A DNA stretch of 64,000 nt from Syntrophorhabdaceae bacterium (GTDB lineage Bacteria > Desulfobacterota > Syntrophorhabdia > Syntrophorhabdales > Syntrophorhabdaceae). The position numbers and the translations under genes are program-made. The notes beneath the pieces are model-generated. The model was given only the letters and a program-made list of their open reading frames with translations. It was not told where the DNA came from and ran no database searches. How positions within the stretch are numbered: the first letter of the stretch is position 1; the number at the start of each line of letters is the position of its first letter. The DNA lies in contig OY762209.1 of the NCBI GenBank assembly GCA_963665295.1, positions 1,088,001 through 1,152,000 of the forward strand, given 5' to 3'. Positions 19,346 through 29,556 of this stretch are shown here, in pieces.

Positions 19346-20176
19346 ATGGGCAGGCTTTCACACAAGATAGCATTAATCACGGGTGCGGCGAGAGGGATAG
19401 GCAAGGCTACGGCCGAGCGCTTCCACGAGGAAGGCGCGACGGTCATCGTGACGGATATCAATGATGAAGACGGCGCGGCAACGGCCCGGGAGTTGGGCGA
19501 GGCCGCGGAGTACCGCCACCTCGACGTAAGCCGGGAAGAGGACTGGGCCACTACCTTTCAGATGCTCTCGGAGAAGTACGGCCGCCTCGACATCCTGGTC
19601 AACAATGCGGGCATCGACGGATATATCCAGACCAACGGGCCCCACGACCCGGAAAACCTCGATATGGAAAGCTGGCGTCACGTGCATTCGGTGAATGCCG
19701 ATGGCGTGGCCCTGGGCTGCAAGTACGCGATACGGCTCATGAAAAAACACAATTACGGGAGTATCGTGAATATCTCCTCCCGGGCGGGTATCGTGGGTAT
19801 CCCCGGCGCGTCCGCCTATGCGGCGAGCAAGGCTGCCGTGAGAAACCACACCAAGACCGTGGCCCTTTACTGCGGCAGGAACGGGTACAATATCCGATGC
19901 AACTCCATTCATCCCGGCGCCATCCTCACGAAGATGTGGGACCCCATGCTCGGGCAGGGAGCGCGACGGGAACGGATAATGGGGAACATGTGCGCCCAGA
20001 TCCCCTTGGGCCATATGGGCGTCCCCCGCGATGTGGCGAATGCGGCCCTTTATCTTGCCTCCGATGAATCGGCCTACGTGACCGGCATAGAACTGAATAT
20101 CGACGGCGGAATACTCGCAGGGAGCGCGGCCACGCCCACGGGCGCGGTTGAAGGCCCTGACGGCGGCAGAGGCTGA
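19346..20176 (+). CDS. Short-chain dehydrogenase/reductase
   Basis: [17 protein letters not shown]. Confidence 0.92.
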   Translation: MGRLSHKIALITGAARGIGKATAERFHEEGATVIVTDINDEDGAATARELGEAAEYRHLDVSREEDWATTFQMLSEKYGRLDILVNNAGIDGYIQTNGPHDPENLDMESWRHVHSVNADGVALGCKYAIRLMKKHNYGSIVNISSRAGIVGIPGASAYAASKAAVRNHTKTVALYCGRNGYNIRCNSIHPGAILTKMWDPMLGQGARRERIMGNMCAQIPLGHMGVPRDVANAALYLASDESAYVTGIELNIDGGILAGSAATPTGAVEGPDGGRG

Positions 20177-20309
20177 CCGGCTCACGCCGTTTCCACTTGA
20201 TTTCATTGACTCCTTCAGGTGCTCCCCAAGGTCGCGCCCCATCCCGCAAGGCCCCACCTCCTCCTGAATATCTTGACAGAAAAAGCTGTTTTGAGTAGAG
20301 TGAAACAAC

Positions 20310-21890
20310 ATGGCTATGGGAAAAATAAGCGTTTTTCTTCTTTCAGTGCTTGTGCTCCTATGCGCGGGGTGTGCCAACAAGGCCCCTGCCATAAGGAATT
20401 CGGCTTCCGGACCGGTGCGAGGTTTCGTGGAGAAGGGCATCGAGGTATACCGGGGCATCCCCTACGCGGAGCCCCCGGTGGGAGAAAACCGCTGGAGAAG
20501 CCCCGCGCCCGTGAAGCCGTGGAAAGACACCCTTCTTTGCACCGAGTACCAATCATCCTGTCCCCAGCCCTCGGTCTCGGAGCTTGAGGGAGGGGGCGAC
20601 GCGGGCAGGACATCGGAGGACTGCCTCTATCTGAATATCTGGTCCCCTGTGAAGAGACCGGCCCAGGGGCTGCCCGTCATGGTCTGGATTCACGGAGGCG
20701 CATTCGCGCTGGGATCAGGCTCCATGGCAGGGTATTCGGGTCTGAACCTTGCGGAAAAGGGCGTGGTGGTGGTGACCATCAACTATCGCCTCGGTCCCTT
20801 CGGCTTCCTCGCCCATCCCGCCCTGAACAGAGAATCCCGTAGCGGCGTCTCGGGCAATTACGGGCTTCAGGACCAGATCGAGGCCTTGAGATGGATACAG
20901 AAGAACATAGCGGTCTTCGGCGGAGACCCCCTCAAGGTGACGGTCTTCGGCGAATCTGCAGGCGCCCTCTCAGTGGGTTACCTCCTTCTTGCCCCTGATG
21001 CGCGCGGTCTTTTCCATCGCGCAATCATGCAGAGCGGTTCGCCCCTGTCTCAGGCCTATGTCATGCCCGGCGCGAATGGAACCTTTGCCCAGGCCCTCGA
21101 TACAGGGAAGAAGCTGTCCCGGAACCTCGGGTGCGACGGGGAAGGGGACGAAGCAGCAGCCATGCGGCGAAAGACGACGGAAGAAGTCATGGCCGCTGCC
21201 GACACAAACCTCAACTTCATCTTTAAGAGTGAAGACGGCCTGCTTTTTGCCCCGGTTTTCGACGGCGTGTTCCTTCCCGTCAGGCCGGAAGACGCCCTCC
21301 GGGAGGGCCGGCTTCATAAGGTACCCGTTATTGTGGGCACCAACAGGGACGAAGCGTCCGTTTTCATAGAGGACCTTACCCCCTCGGTTTACAGGGAGTG
21401 GATCACGAAGATGTTCGGGACCCGCTCAAAGGACATATTCGCCCTGACAGAAGGGAAGTACGAGTCGGATGAGAAGGCGGCGTACGGGAAATTCCTCACG
21501 GTTCTCTGGTTTACCGAGCCCGCGCGCGCTATGGCGAGGTCCATGGCGCGGACCGGGGCGAAGACTTACCTCTACTCTTTCACCCGTGTCCCGGACAATT
21601 CCCTGGTGAGCGAGTTGGGCGCGTTTCACGGCCAGGAGATCGAGTTCGTGTTCGGCAACCTGGGGACCATTCTCGCGACCAGGAAAGACGGGGTCCTGTC
21701 AGGGAAGATGATGGATTACTGGGTGACCTTCGCCGCTACGGGCGACCCCAACGGGCCGGGGTCTTTTAACTGGCCACCCTACGATGAAGAGACGGACCGG
21801 AATATCGAATTCGGCGACACCCTTGGGGTGGGCGTCGGTTTGGACAAGTTTATGTGCGATCTTGTGGAGAAGGTGCGGTGGGGCAGGTAG
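20310..21890 (+). CDS. Carboxylesterase type B, probable lipoprotein
   Basis: Lipobox-like LCAGC, SEDCLYLNI, HGGAF, GESAG, GAFHG. Confidence 0.92.
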   Translation: MAMGKISVFLLSVLVLLCAGCANKAPAIRNSASGPVRGFVEKGIEVYRGIPYAEPPVGENRWRSPAPVKPWKDTLLCTEYQSSCPQPSVSELEGGGDAGRTSEDCLYLNIWSPVKRPAQGLPVMVWIHGGAFALGSGSMAGYSGLNLAEKGVVVVTINYRLGPFGFLAHPALNRESRSGVSGNYGLQDQIEALRWIQKNIAVFGGDPLKVTVFGESAGALSVGYLLLAPDARGLFHRAIMQSGSPLSQAYVMPGANGTFAQALDTGKKLSRNLGCDGEGDEAAAMRRKTTEEVMAAADTNLNFIFKSEDGLLFAPVFDGVFLPVRPEDALREGRLHKVPVIVGTNRDEASVFIEDLTPSVYREWITKMFGTRSKDIFALTEGKYESDEKAAYGKFLTVLWFTEPARAMARSMARTGAKTYLYSFTRVPDNSLVSELGAFHGQEIEFVFGNLGTILATRKDGVLSGKMMDYWVTFAATGDPNGPGSFNWPPYDEETDRNIEFGDTLGVGVGLDKFMCDLVEKVRWGR

Positions 21891-22027
21891 GCCGCCGGAT
21901 TTCACGGGATCGGACCCGCGGGGCCGGAAGGGGACGAAAGCGTATCAGCCCGAGGTGCGGGCATACGGGTGGCTTCGACGGCAATGCTCATGGAAGGGGC
22001 GACTCAAGCCCCTAAAGGAGGGTCACT

Positions 22028-23203
22028 ATGAGACTATTATGTCTTGGCGCGGGAGCAGTAGGCACACGGGCGGCGGAAATCGCCGCGAGTTTCGATGAAG
22101 TCGAAAGTTTGACCATTGCCGACATCAATGAAGAAGCGGCCCTGAGGGCGGTCGAAGGGTGCCGAGCGAAGGCGTCGGCCCGGGTGGTCAGCGCCGAAGA
22201 CCGGGCGAGCCTTGTTGCCCTCATGAAGGAGCATGACGCGGTGCTGAACTGCATCGGTCCCTTCTTCCGTTTCGGCGTGTCCGTACTTACCTCGGCCATA
22301 GAGGCGGGATGCCACTATTTCGATACCTGTGACGACCCGGAACCGATTCGGGACATGCTGAACATGGGCCGCGAGGCGGAAGGGGCGGGCATTACGGCCA
22401 TAGTCGGCCTGGGCGCGAGTCCGGGCATTACGAACATGCTCGGCGCGAGGATACACTCATTGCTCACAAAGACGACGGAGCTTCACGCGGCCTGGAATAT
22501 AGAGGAAGAGTCGGCCACCGACGGGTCCGACAAGCTACAATACTCGGCGGCCATCGTTCACTGGATGAAGGAGTGTTCCGGCACGATCCTCGAACAGAAG
22601 GCGGGAAAGCTTCAACCGGTAAAACCTCTGCAGGCGGTGATGCTCCATTACCCCGGAAGGGGCAGGAGAAAGGTCTGGACCGTGGGGCACCCCGAGCCCG
22701 TTTCTTTTGCGTGGTCTTACCCGGAGATCAAGGGGTCGTCGTGCTACATGGTCATGCCTGCTTCGGTCGAAGACCACTTCGAGGGCCTGTCCCGTCAGAT
22801 TGACGCAGGCAAGCTGACCATCGAAGACGCGGCGCACCAACTGGTGGGATGGTGGCAGCATCAACCCCTCCTCGATCGCGTCATAGCAGGAATTTTTCAT
22901 TTCTTCGAACGGCCTCGTCTCCCCATGCTCTTTGCCATAGGCCGGGGGCAGGTGGAGGGGAAGAAGACGATCCTTGCCGCCCGCCTGAAATCCCTGCCCG
23001 AGGGCGTGGACCGGGCTACGGCGATCCCCCTTGCCATCGGGCTCCATCAGTTCGCTCAGGGGAAGATAGAGAAGAAGGGGGTTTTGACCCCGGAAACCGC
23101 CCTGGACGGCGATGCGTTCTTTGCGGAACTCGCGCCCTATTGCACCAGTCCGGAACGGCGGTCCCCGGAAGATCTGGTAGAGATTGCCGTGGAGGGGGCA
23201 TAG
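22028..23203 (+). CDS. Saccharopine dehydrogenase-family oxidoreductase
   Basis: GAGAVG, NCIGPF, GASPGITN, GHPEP. Confidence 0.85.
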   Translation: MRLLCLGAGAVGTRAAEIAASFDEVESLTIADINEEAALRAVEGCRAKASARVVSAEDRASLVALMKEHDAVLNCIGPFFRFGVSVLTSAIEAGCHYFDTCDDPEPIRDMLNMGREAEGAGITAIVGLGASPGITNMLGARIHSLLTKTTELHAAWNIEEESATDGSDKLQYSAAIVHWMKECSGTILEQKAGKLQPVKPLQAVMLHYPGRGRRKVWTVGHPEPVSFAWSYPEIKGSSCYMVMPASVEDHFEGLSRQIDAGKLTIEDAAHQLVGWWQHQPLLDRVIAGIFHFFERPRLPMLFAIGRGQVEGKKTILAARLKSLPEGVDRATAIPLAIGLHQFAQGKIEKKGVLTPETALDGDAFFAELAPYCTSPERRSPEDLVEIAVEGA

Positions 23204-23207
23204 GGGC

Positions 23208-23717
23208 ATGGCGATCGAGAAGAACTGGAAGTATTACACGGGCCTCTCATTCCTCATATATAGCTTTATCCCTATTTGCACGGCGGAACTGGTGTTTTTC
23301 CTGCCCGTTTCAAAGGCGTCGGCGGTATCGTTCATCGTTGTGTACCTCGCCTCAGGGGAGGTGACCTTCCTGGTCGGGGTGGCCCTTCTGGGCAAACCCT
23401 TTGTGACGGCCTTCAAGGCGAGGATAAAGGCCTTCTTCTTCCCCCGGCGGGAAGTCACACCTCCAAAGCCCGTCAGCAGGGCCCGGCACCGGACAGGGGT
23501 CATCCTTTTCCTGATCAGTTTTATCCCCTATCCCGCGGCGGAGGTCATTCTGTTCATGGCCGACCCCGTGCGCCTCAACCCGAGGATACTCCTCCTTCTC
23601 CTCCTTTTCGGGGACGCGGTCTTCATCGCGAGCCTCTTCGTCCTGGGCGGCGAGTTCTGGGAGCGCCTGAAGAAGCTCTTCGAATGGCAGGGCAAGGCGG
23701 AACCAACCTCGCCCTGA
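23208..23717 (+). CDS. Small membrane protein (transporter-suffix-domain-like)
   Basis: 4 TM segments; SLFVLGGEFWERLK. Confidence 0.7.
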   Translation: MAIEKNWKYYTGLSFLIYSFIPICTAELVFFLPVSKASAVSFIVVYLASGEVTFLVGVALLGKPFVTAFKARIKAFFFPRREVTPPKPVSRARHRTGVILFLISFIPYPAAEVILFMADPVRLNPRILLLLLLFGDAVFIASLFVLGGEFWERLKKLFEWQGKAEPTSP

Positions 23718-23952
23718 ATGAGGCCTTTCCGGTTGTCGTGCGTTTTGTTCAATTCCGTGGTGGAAGGCGACCCGCAAACCCTTGGGGTTACTACAGCACC
23801 TCTTTTGGTATGGCTCAAGGAAGTGGAGCCGGAAAACGCCCAGTCGATGGACATCATATTATTTTTTGGCCATGGTGCGTTATACGCAAGGATAAGCTGC
23901 CGGGCCTGCGGGGTCGGCTCTGGTCGCTTTGCGGGACGGTTGTTGCCTGCCT

Positions 23953-24267
23953 CTATTCTTCCCTTTCCATCTTGATTGCGCCCTTGGGACAGGCGGCGGC
24001 GCAGATGCCGCAACCCTTGCAATAATCCAGGTCGATCTTCACCTTTCCCGTGGTGTCGTCGCGGGTGATGCAGAGGTCGGGGCAGAGGAGGGCGCATATG
24101 TCGCAGCTATCGCAGGTGCGGGCGCTCAAGCACCGGGCGGCTTCCCACACGGCTTCTTCCGGGGTGAGGCCGAGGTCCACGGGGGAGAAGGTTCCCTTCC
24201 GCTTCCTGAGGGGGAGTTCCCGTCTCTTGTGCCTGTTTACCACGTTTTTTTCGCATTCCCGGGTCAT
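23953..24267 (-). CDS. 2[4Fe-4S] ferredoxin (delta-subunit-like; resembles C-terminus of GltD-like proteins)
   Basis: EAARCLS, CDSCDICALLCP, CKGCGICAAACP. Confidence 0.8.
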   Translation of the reverse strand: MTRECEKNVVNRHKRRELPLRKRKGTFSPVDLGLTPEEAVWEAARCLSARTCDSCDICALLCPDLCITRDDTTGKVKIDLDYCKGCGICAAACPKGAIKMEREE

Positions 24268-24280
24268 TTCTTCCTTTCCT

Positions 24281-25684
24281 CTAGCTCTTGCCGCCGGACG
24301 AGAGATACCGGTCAATGGAGACGGCGGCCTTTTTGCCGTCCGCCACGGCGTTGATCGCCATTCTCGGGCCGGTGATGATGTCCCCTCCCGCGAACACGCC
24401 GGGTAGGGTTGTTTCAAGGGTCCCGGGGTCGGTCTTTACCCATCCGCCCTCCGACAGTTGAAGGCCGTCGAGGTCTTTCAGGAATGCGACCTCTGGCGAC
24501 TGGCCTATTGCGACGATCACCATGTCCGCGGCAAATATCCTTGTTGCATTTTCCTTGAAAGTGGGGCTGAAGCGACCTTCCCTGTCGAAGACCGACGTGC
24601 ATCGCGCGAATTCGATGCCCGTGACCTTGCCGTTTCCCATAATGATGCGCTTCGGCCCGAGGGAAGCATTGACCCTTATCCCTTCTTCCCGGGCCTGCTC
24701 CCGCTCCCACGCGCCCGCGGGCATGTGGTGGCGCTTTTCGAGGCAGACCATGCGCACTTCCCGCGCACCGAGCCTTTTCGCGGTGAGGGCCGCGTCAACG
24801 GCCACATTGCCTCCTCCTATGACGAGGGTCCTTTCCCCGGCCTCGGGCGGTTCGCTGCTATTGGCTTGCCTCAGGAAGGCGACGCCCGTTACGACCCCTT
24901 GAGCGTCCTCGCCGGGGATACCGAGTCTGGTTCCCTCTTCCGCCCCGCACCCGACGAAGACCGCGTCAAAGGCAGCGTAAATCTCTTTCATCGTGATATC
25001 TTCGCCCACCTTTGTGTTGAACCTGAATTCGACCCCTGCCTTCGCGACAAGGGAGGACTCTCTTTCGAGCACGTCCCTGGGGAGGCGGTACGGGGGAACG
25101 CCATAATAGAGCATTCCTCCCAGCGTGCTCCGGGCCTCGAAGAGGGTCACCGCGTAGCCCATCCTCCTGAGGTCGAGGGAGCAGGTCATGCCGGCCGGTC
25201 CTCCTCCTATGACGGCCACCTTTTTGCCTTTGTCCTTCCCTATGACAGGGGCGGGCATCTCCCGTCTCCCCACCTCGTAGTCCGCCACGAACCTCTTGAG
25301 GGCGCAGAGGGATACGGGTTCGTCGAGCCTTTGCCTCAGGCAGGCCCCTTCGCAGGGGTGGTGGCAGATCCGGCCTATGATGCCGGGGAAGGGCAAGTCT
25401 TCCCTGATTACGTCAAGGGCTTCGAGGAACCTTCCCTGCGAGATGAGGCGCGCGTATTCCCTTGTCTCCATGCCCACGGGGCAGGCGTTCCGGCAAGGGG
25501 GAAGGGCGGTCTTCTTTTCCTCACGGAGGGGCGTCGCATCTTCGCGGTAAAGGGCGCCGCGAAGGCTCTTCGTTTCCTTCCGGTATTCGGGGATCATTTC
25601 GGCGGGGCATCCCCGGACGCAGACGCTGCACGATTCGCAGAGGTCCGTCCCGATAACGGGTTTGTGGGTGCGGCCCTCAACCAT
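24281..25684 (-). CDS. GltD/NfnB-like FAD/Fe-S NAD(P)H oxidoreductase
   Basis: CRNACP, GRICHHPCE, GGGPAG, GGGNVAVD, FAGGD. Confidence 0.9.
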   Translation of the reverse strand: MVEGRTHKPVIGTDLCESCSVCVRGCPAEMIPEYRKETKSLRGALYREDATPLREEKKTALPPCRNACPVGMETREYARLISQGRFLEALDVIREDLPFPGIIGRICHHPCEGACLRQRLDEPVSLCALKRFVADYEVGRREMPAPVIGKDKGKKVAVIGGGPAGMTCSLDLRRMGYAVTLFEARSTLGGMLYYGVPPYRLPRDVLERESSLVAKAGVEFRFNTKVGEDITMKEIYAAFDAVFVGCGAEEGTRLGIPGEDAQGVVTGVAFLRQANSSEPPEAGERTLVIGGGNVAVDAALTAKRLGAREVRMVCLEKRHHMPAGAWEREQAREEGIRVNASLGPKRIIMGNGKVTGIEFARCTSVFDREGRFSPTFKENATRIFAADMVIVAIGQSPEVAFLKDLDGLQLSEGGWVKTDPGTLETTLPGVFAGGDIITGPRMAINAVADGKKAAVSIDRYLSSGGKS

Positions 25685-26228
25685 GGGCCTGCCTCCCCAA
25701 CTCCCTTCCCAGTTTGAGGGCCTTGAGGTTGAGGCTTAAAAACCGCTCAGCCACGTGCTTCTCCATTGCCCTCGTTATCGCCTCCGGGGAGACGAGGCCC
25801 GTGATTTCAAGGAGGGCGCCAAGGAGGACGATATTTGCCGTCTGCGTGCCCCCGAGGTCCTTTATGGCGCGGTCCACGGCAGGGATGCCTATCTGTCGCC
25901 TCACGGGGATGCCGGCCCGGGGTGTGACCTGGGACGTGTCGTAGAGGATGAGCCCCGTTTCCGGGTTCACCTCGGCCCACTGGGCGTCGTATGCCCCCTG
26001 GGACATGACCACAAGGATATCGGCGGTGGTAAGGTGGGGGAAGTCGATGGGGCTGTCGGAAAAGACCACCTCCGATCTGCACCCCGAACCCCGGGCCTGG
26101 GCCCCGTAGGAGTTGGACCCCGCCACGAACCTGCCCTCCACGACCCCGGCTTCCCCGAGGAGGGCCCCAAGGAGAATGACCCCCTGGCCCCCGAATCCGC
26201 TCACCCTGATCTGGGTTATGTCCGGCAT
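25677..26228 (-). CDS. korC: 2-oxoacid:ferredoxin oxidoreductase gamma subunit
   Basis: GFGGQGVIL, YGAQARG. Confidence 0.9.
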   Translation of the reverse strand: MPDITQIRVSGFGGQGVILLGALLGEAGVVEGRFVAGSNSYGAQARGSGCRSEVVFSDSPIDFPHLTTADILVVMSQGAYDAQWAEVNPETGLILYDTSQVTPRAGIPVRRQIGIPAVDRAIKDLGGTQTANIVLLGALLEITGLVSPEAITRAMEKHVAERFLSLNLKALKLGRELGRQAHG

Positions 26229-26989
26229 GGCAGAATCTCCCCGGTTATGATCTTCCCGGCCAGTTCGTCCTCACTCATCCCTTCCGCCTCATCTTCGGGA
26301 ATGCATCTCTCCATGAGAAAGCGGACCAGATCTTCGGGCCGGTCGAGGCTGTTCCTCCTCCCGTACTGGGTAGGGCAGGGGGAGAGGGCCTCTATAAAGG
26401 AAAAGCCCTTGTGGTTCAGGGATGTCTTGATGGCATTGATGAGGGAGACGGGCTGGGTCACCGAATATTTCGCCACGTAGGTGGCGCCCGCCGCGGCAAC
26501 GAGGCGCGTGAGGTCGAAGGGCGGGTAGGGGTTGCCCTCGACCGTGGTGGCGGTCTTCGTGCCGAGGGGCGTGGTGGAAGCGACCTGGCCCCCGGTCATG
26601 CCGTAGATCATGTTGTTCGCGCATATGACCTTGAGGTCGATATCCCTTCTTGCCGCGTGGATAAGGTGGTTTCCCCCTATGGACGAGAGGTCGCCGTCGC
26701 CGCTTATGACCATGACCGTGAGGTCGGGATTGAAGAGCTTCGCCCCTGTGGCAAAGGCCAGGGCCCGCCCGTGAAGGGTGTGGAGCGTGTCCCCGTTGTA
26801 ATGGGGGCTCGGTATCCAGGCCGCGCAGCCTATGCCCGAAACAAAGAGCATCTTGTCCATATCCATCTTCAACTCGTCGATGGCCCGGAGCACGAGGCCC
26901 ATCAAGATGCCGTGGCCGCAGCCCGGGCAGAAGGGCGTCCCTTTCACGCCCGGCCGGATGTAACGTTCCATGGCCCTCGTCATGGGCAT
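26216..26989 (-). CDS. korB: 2-oxoacid:ferredoxin oxidoreductase beta subunit
   Basis: FCPGCG, SGIGC, TPP motif GDGD..NN, YGMTGGQ. Confidence 0.92.
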   Translation of the reverse strand: MPMTRAMERYIRPGVKGTPFCPGCGHGILMGLVLRAIDELKMDMDKMLFVSGIGCAAWIPSPHYNGDTLHTLHGRALAFATGAKLFNPDLTVMVISGDGDLSSIGGNHLIHAARRDIDLKVICANNMIYGMTGGQVASTTPLGTKTATTVEGNPYPPFDLTRLVAAAGATYVAKYSVTQPVSLINAIKTSLNHKGFSFIEALSPCPTQYGRRNSLDRPEDLVRFLMERCIPEDEAEGMSEDELAGKIITGEILPCRT

Positions 26990-28125
26990 AACCTCCTCAA
27001 GCCGTCGATGATGGCGGCCGGGGGAATGACCTCCCCGTTCGTCCGGTTGAGGGAGATTACATCCGAGGAACAGAGCTTCCTCACCTCACCCGCCACCTGT
27101 CCCCGGTTCATTTCCGGGACGAGCACCTGTTTCAACGCCCCAGTTACGCTCCTCACCGTCTCTTCGGGAAAGGGCCAGAGGGTCTTGAGCCTCAGGAGGC
27201 CGACCTTGAGCCCCTCCTTTCTCAGGCGCTTCACTGCGTAGAGGCTCGTCCTCGCGGTGAAACCATAGGCAATGACCGCAGTGTCCGCGTCTTCAAGGAA
27301 ATAACCCTCCGTCTCCACGATCTCATGCCTGTTTCTCAAGACCTTGTCATTGATCCGCTCCACGAGGCGGGCATGGACGTCGGGGTCGTCCGTCTTCCGG
27401 TATCCGTAAGGGTCATGGGTCGAGCCCGTCACCGCAAGGCGCTCGCCCTCGCCGAAGACGGGCATGGGGGGCACGCCGTCCTCCTCGTCCGTGCCGAAAG
27501 GGGCGCCGCCCTTCTGTTTCTTCCTGTCCCACACCTCCACCCCCGGTGCGATCCTGATGGTCTCCCTCAGGTGGCCCGTAGCCTCCTCGGAGAGGATAAA
27601 GGCAGGCACCCGGAAGCGCTCGCTCAGGTTGAAGGCCCTGATGGTGAGATCGTACATCTCCTGGGCGGACCACGGGGAAAGGGCGATTACCTGATAATCG
27701 CCGTGAGAGCCCCATTTAGCCTGCATGATGTCCCCGCTTCCGACCCTCGTGGCCTGCCCGGTGCATGGGCCGGCCCGCTGCACGTCGATGATGACGCAGG
27801 GCGTTTCCGTGAATGCCGCGTACCCGATCGCCTCCTGCATGAGGCTGAACCCCGGGCCCGAGGTGGCGGTCATGGCCTTCGCCCCTGCCCACGCAGCCCC
27901 GATCACCGCGGAGATAGACGCGATCTCGTCCTCCATCTGGATAAAGACCCCGCCCACTTCCTTAAGCCGGACGGCCATGCGCTCCATCAATTCGCTGGAA
28001 GGGGTAATAGGGTAGCCCCCGTAAAACCGGCACCCCGCCGCGAGGGCGCCTTCCGCCGCCGCCTCATTGCCCGAAAAGTAGTAAACTCCTTCGGGAAGGG
28101 TTGATTTCACAAGGCGAGCGGTCAT
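26980..28125 (-). CDS. korA: 2-oxoacid:ferredoxin oxidoreductase alpha subunit
   Basis: GNEA, GYPITPS, QMEDEI, TATSGPG. Confidence 0.92.
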   Translation of the reverse strand: MTARLVKSTLPEGVYYFSGNEAAAEGALAAGCRFYGGYPITPSSELMERMAVRLKEVGGVFIQMEDEIASISAVIGAAWAGAKAMTATSGPGFSLMQEAIGYAAFTETPCVIIDVQRAGPCTGQATRVGSGDIMQAKWGSHGDYQVIALSPWSAQEMYDLTIRAFNLSERFRVPAFILSEEATGHLRETIRIAPGVEVWDRKKQKGGAPFGTDEEDGVPPMPVFGEGERLAVTGSTHDPYGYRKTDDPDVHARLVERINDKVLRNRHEIVETEGYFLEDADTAVIAYGFTARTSLYAVKRLRKEGLKVGLLRLKTLWPFPEETVRSVTGALKQVLVPEMNRGQVAGEVRKLCSSDVISLNRTNGEVIPPAAIIDGLRRLCP

Positions 28126-28292
28126 GGCCCGCCCGTCAGGAATGCTCCCCGCAAAGGGGCATCGCGCAAAAAGGACCGCCGAAGCATCCGTTTAACCATT
28201 ATATTGACCTCGCGGCATCTCATTCCATGAACTTAAGCGCCAAGAAGGCGCTACTGTATTGTATATGGTGTACGCCCCAATTTGTCAACAAC
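27991..28292. repeat. Direct repeat copy 1 (korA 5' end + upstream region)
   Basis: Aligns by eye with 32231-32520. Confidence 0.95.
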
Positions 28293-28651
28293 CATGCCTG
28301 CCGCCGACCGGGAAGGAATTTTGTGCGGTACAAATACCGGTACATAAAAGGAAGGGGCACAGACCTCCAGGTTCTCGTGATGAAAGGAGGTATACATACT
28401 CCCATTGTCCTTTCAACGAGACGCATTTCAAACCAAAGTAGACCGGTAACGGAAGAACATCAAGAAAAGGTCTTGACACCTTACGGGTTGTTTTCTATAC
28501 CGTAAACAGCATCAGGACTTTGAGTGCCGCGACCGGGCCTCCCAAGGGACCCTTCTTCGCCGCCCCAGCCACTTGCTGTCGCTTTCCTGAGGGGGAGAGC
28601 AACCACACCACTTGAGAAGGCATCACTACATCCATAGGGGAGGATATTCCT

Positions 28652-28989
28652 ATGCCGTCCATGCTCGTCCGCTTTCGTCCCTTCGTCTGGTTCCTCATCG
28701 TCTCCTTCGTCATATCCTCGACGCCCCATATAGAGCTTGTCTTCCCCTATATGGCCCGGCTCACGGCATAGTCGCCGCCTCGGCGGGAGGCTTCACAGGA
28801 GGGGTGATCGCAGGGGCGGCAAATTCGGCGGTTTACGGGGGCCTCTACGGAGCAGCAGTAGCGGCGCCAATGGCGGGAGTTGTCGGCTTAGTGGAGTGGG
28901 CGAGGGGGGATTTTGGGGCTCATGCTCATATTGAAGTCATAGCGAGGGGACAATTATGGGATCCAAGTATTGTGTTCAGAGGGCCTTAA
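28652..28989 (+). pseudogene. Internally deleted polymorphic-toxin-like gene remnant
   Basis: RBS + signal-peptide-like 39-aa start (28652-28771) joined out of frame to a Gly/Ala-rich segment and a tail overlapping the next gene. Confidence 0.45.
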
Positions 28990-29525
28990 TACGGGTAATA
29001 CTGTTTCTCTTTATAGCAACCACATTTCTTTGCGGCCTCCCTGCCACTGCGATGTCCGGGGACGATGCCGGGCCGGCAATCAACAACGGTTGGTTGGGAA
29101 GGCACTTGCCTCAACTTAAGAAGCCGAGGCTTATGACCGAAGGGGACATACGAAACAAAGACGAAAGAGACACGTACCAAAAAGAAGGGTGGTCGTTCGT
29201 TTTGAAGGGAGATTTCGATAAGGACGGCTTCCCTGATTATTGCGTTTCCGGCAAGTATGATGGCCCGTATCCGGGAAAATCGATCTTTGTAGCGATCTTC
29301 ACCAAGAAGAACGATGCAATTGTTCCGCGACTGCTTTATAAGCACAGCATTCCCGCGAATGTTGCCTTCCTGATGCGAGAGAAGGGAAGCAGCGTTGATA
29401 TGGAACTCCCTCCTGTGGCCGGAAATTATGATATCATTTCGGTTGCATTTGCACTGTATACGGAATATGGATTTGTAATTATATGGAATGGAAAGGAGTA
29501 TGTCATAATTCCCAGTGAATTGTAA
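28956..29525 (+). CDS. Exported hypothetical protein, candidate immunity protein
   Basis: Signal peptide, GDFDKDGFPD motif, AT-rich codons, overlaps toxin-like remnant. Confidence 0.55.
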   Translation: MGSKYCVQRALIRVILFLFIATTFLCGLPATAMSGDDAGPAINNGWLGRHLPQLKKPRLMTEGDIRNKDERDTYQKEGWSFVLKGDFDKDGFPDYCVSGKYDGPYPGKSIFVAIFTKKNDAIVPRLLYKHSIPANVAFLMREKGSSVDMELPPVAGNYDIISVAFALYTEYGFVIIWNGKEYVIIPSEL

Positions 29526-29556
29526 CCAGAGGGGGATACTTAGGGAGACTGCCCTA

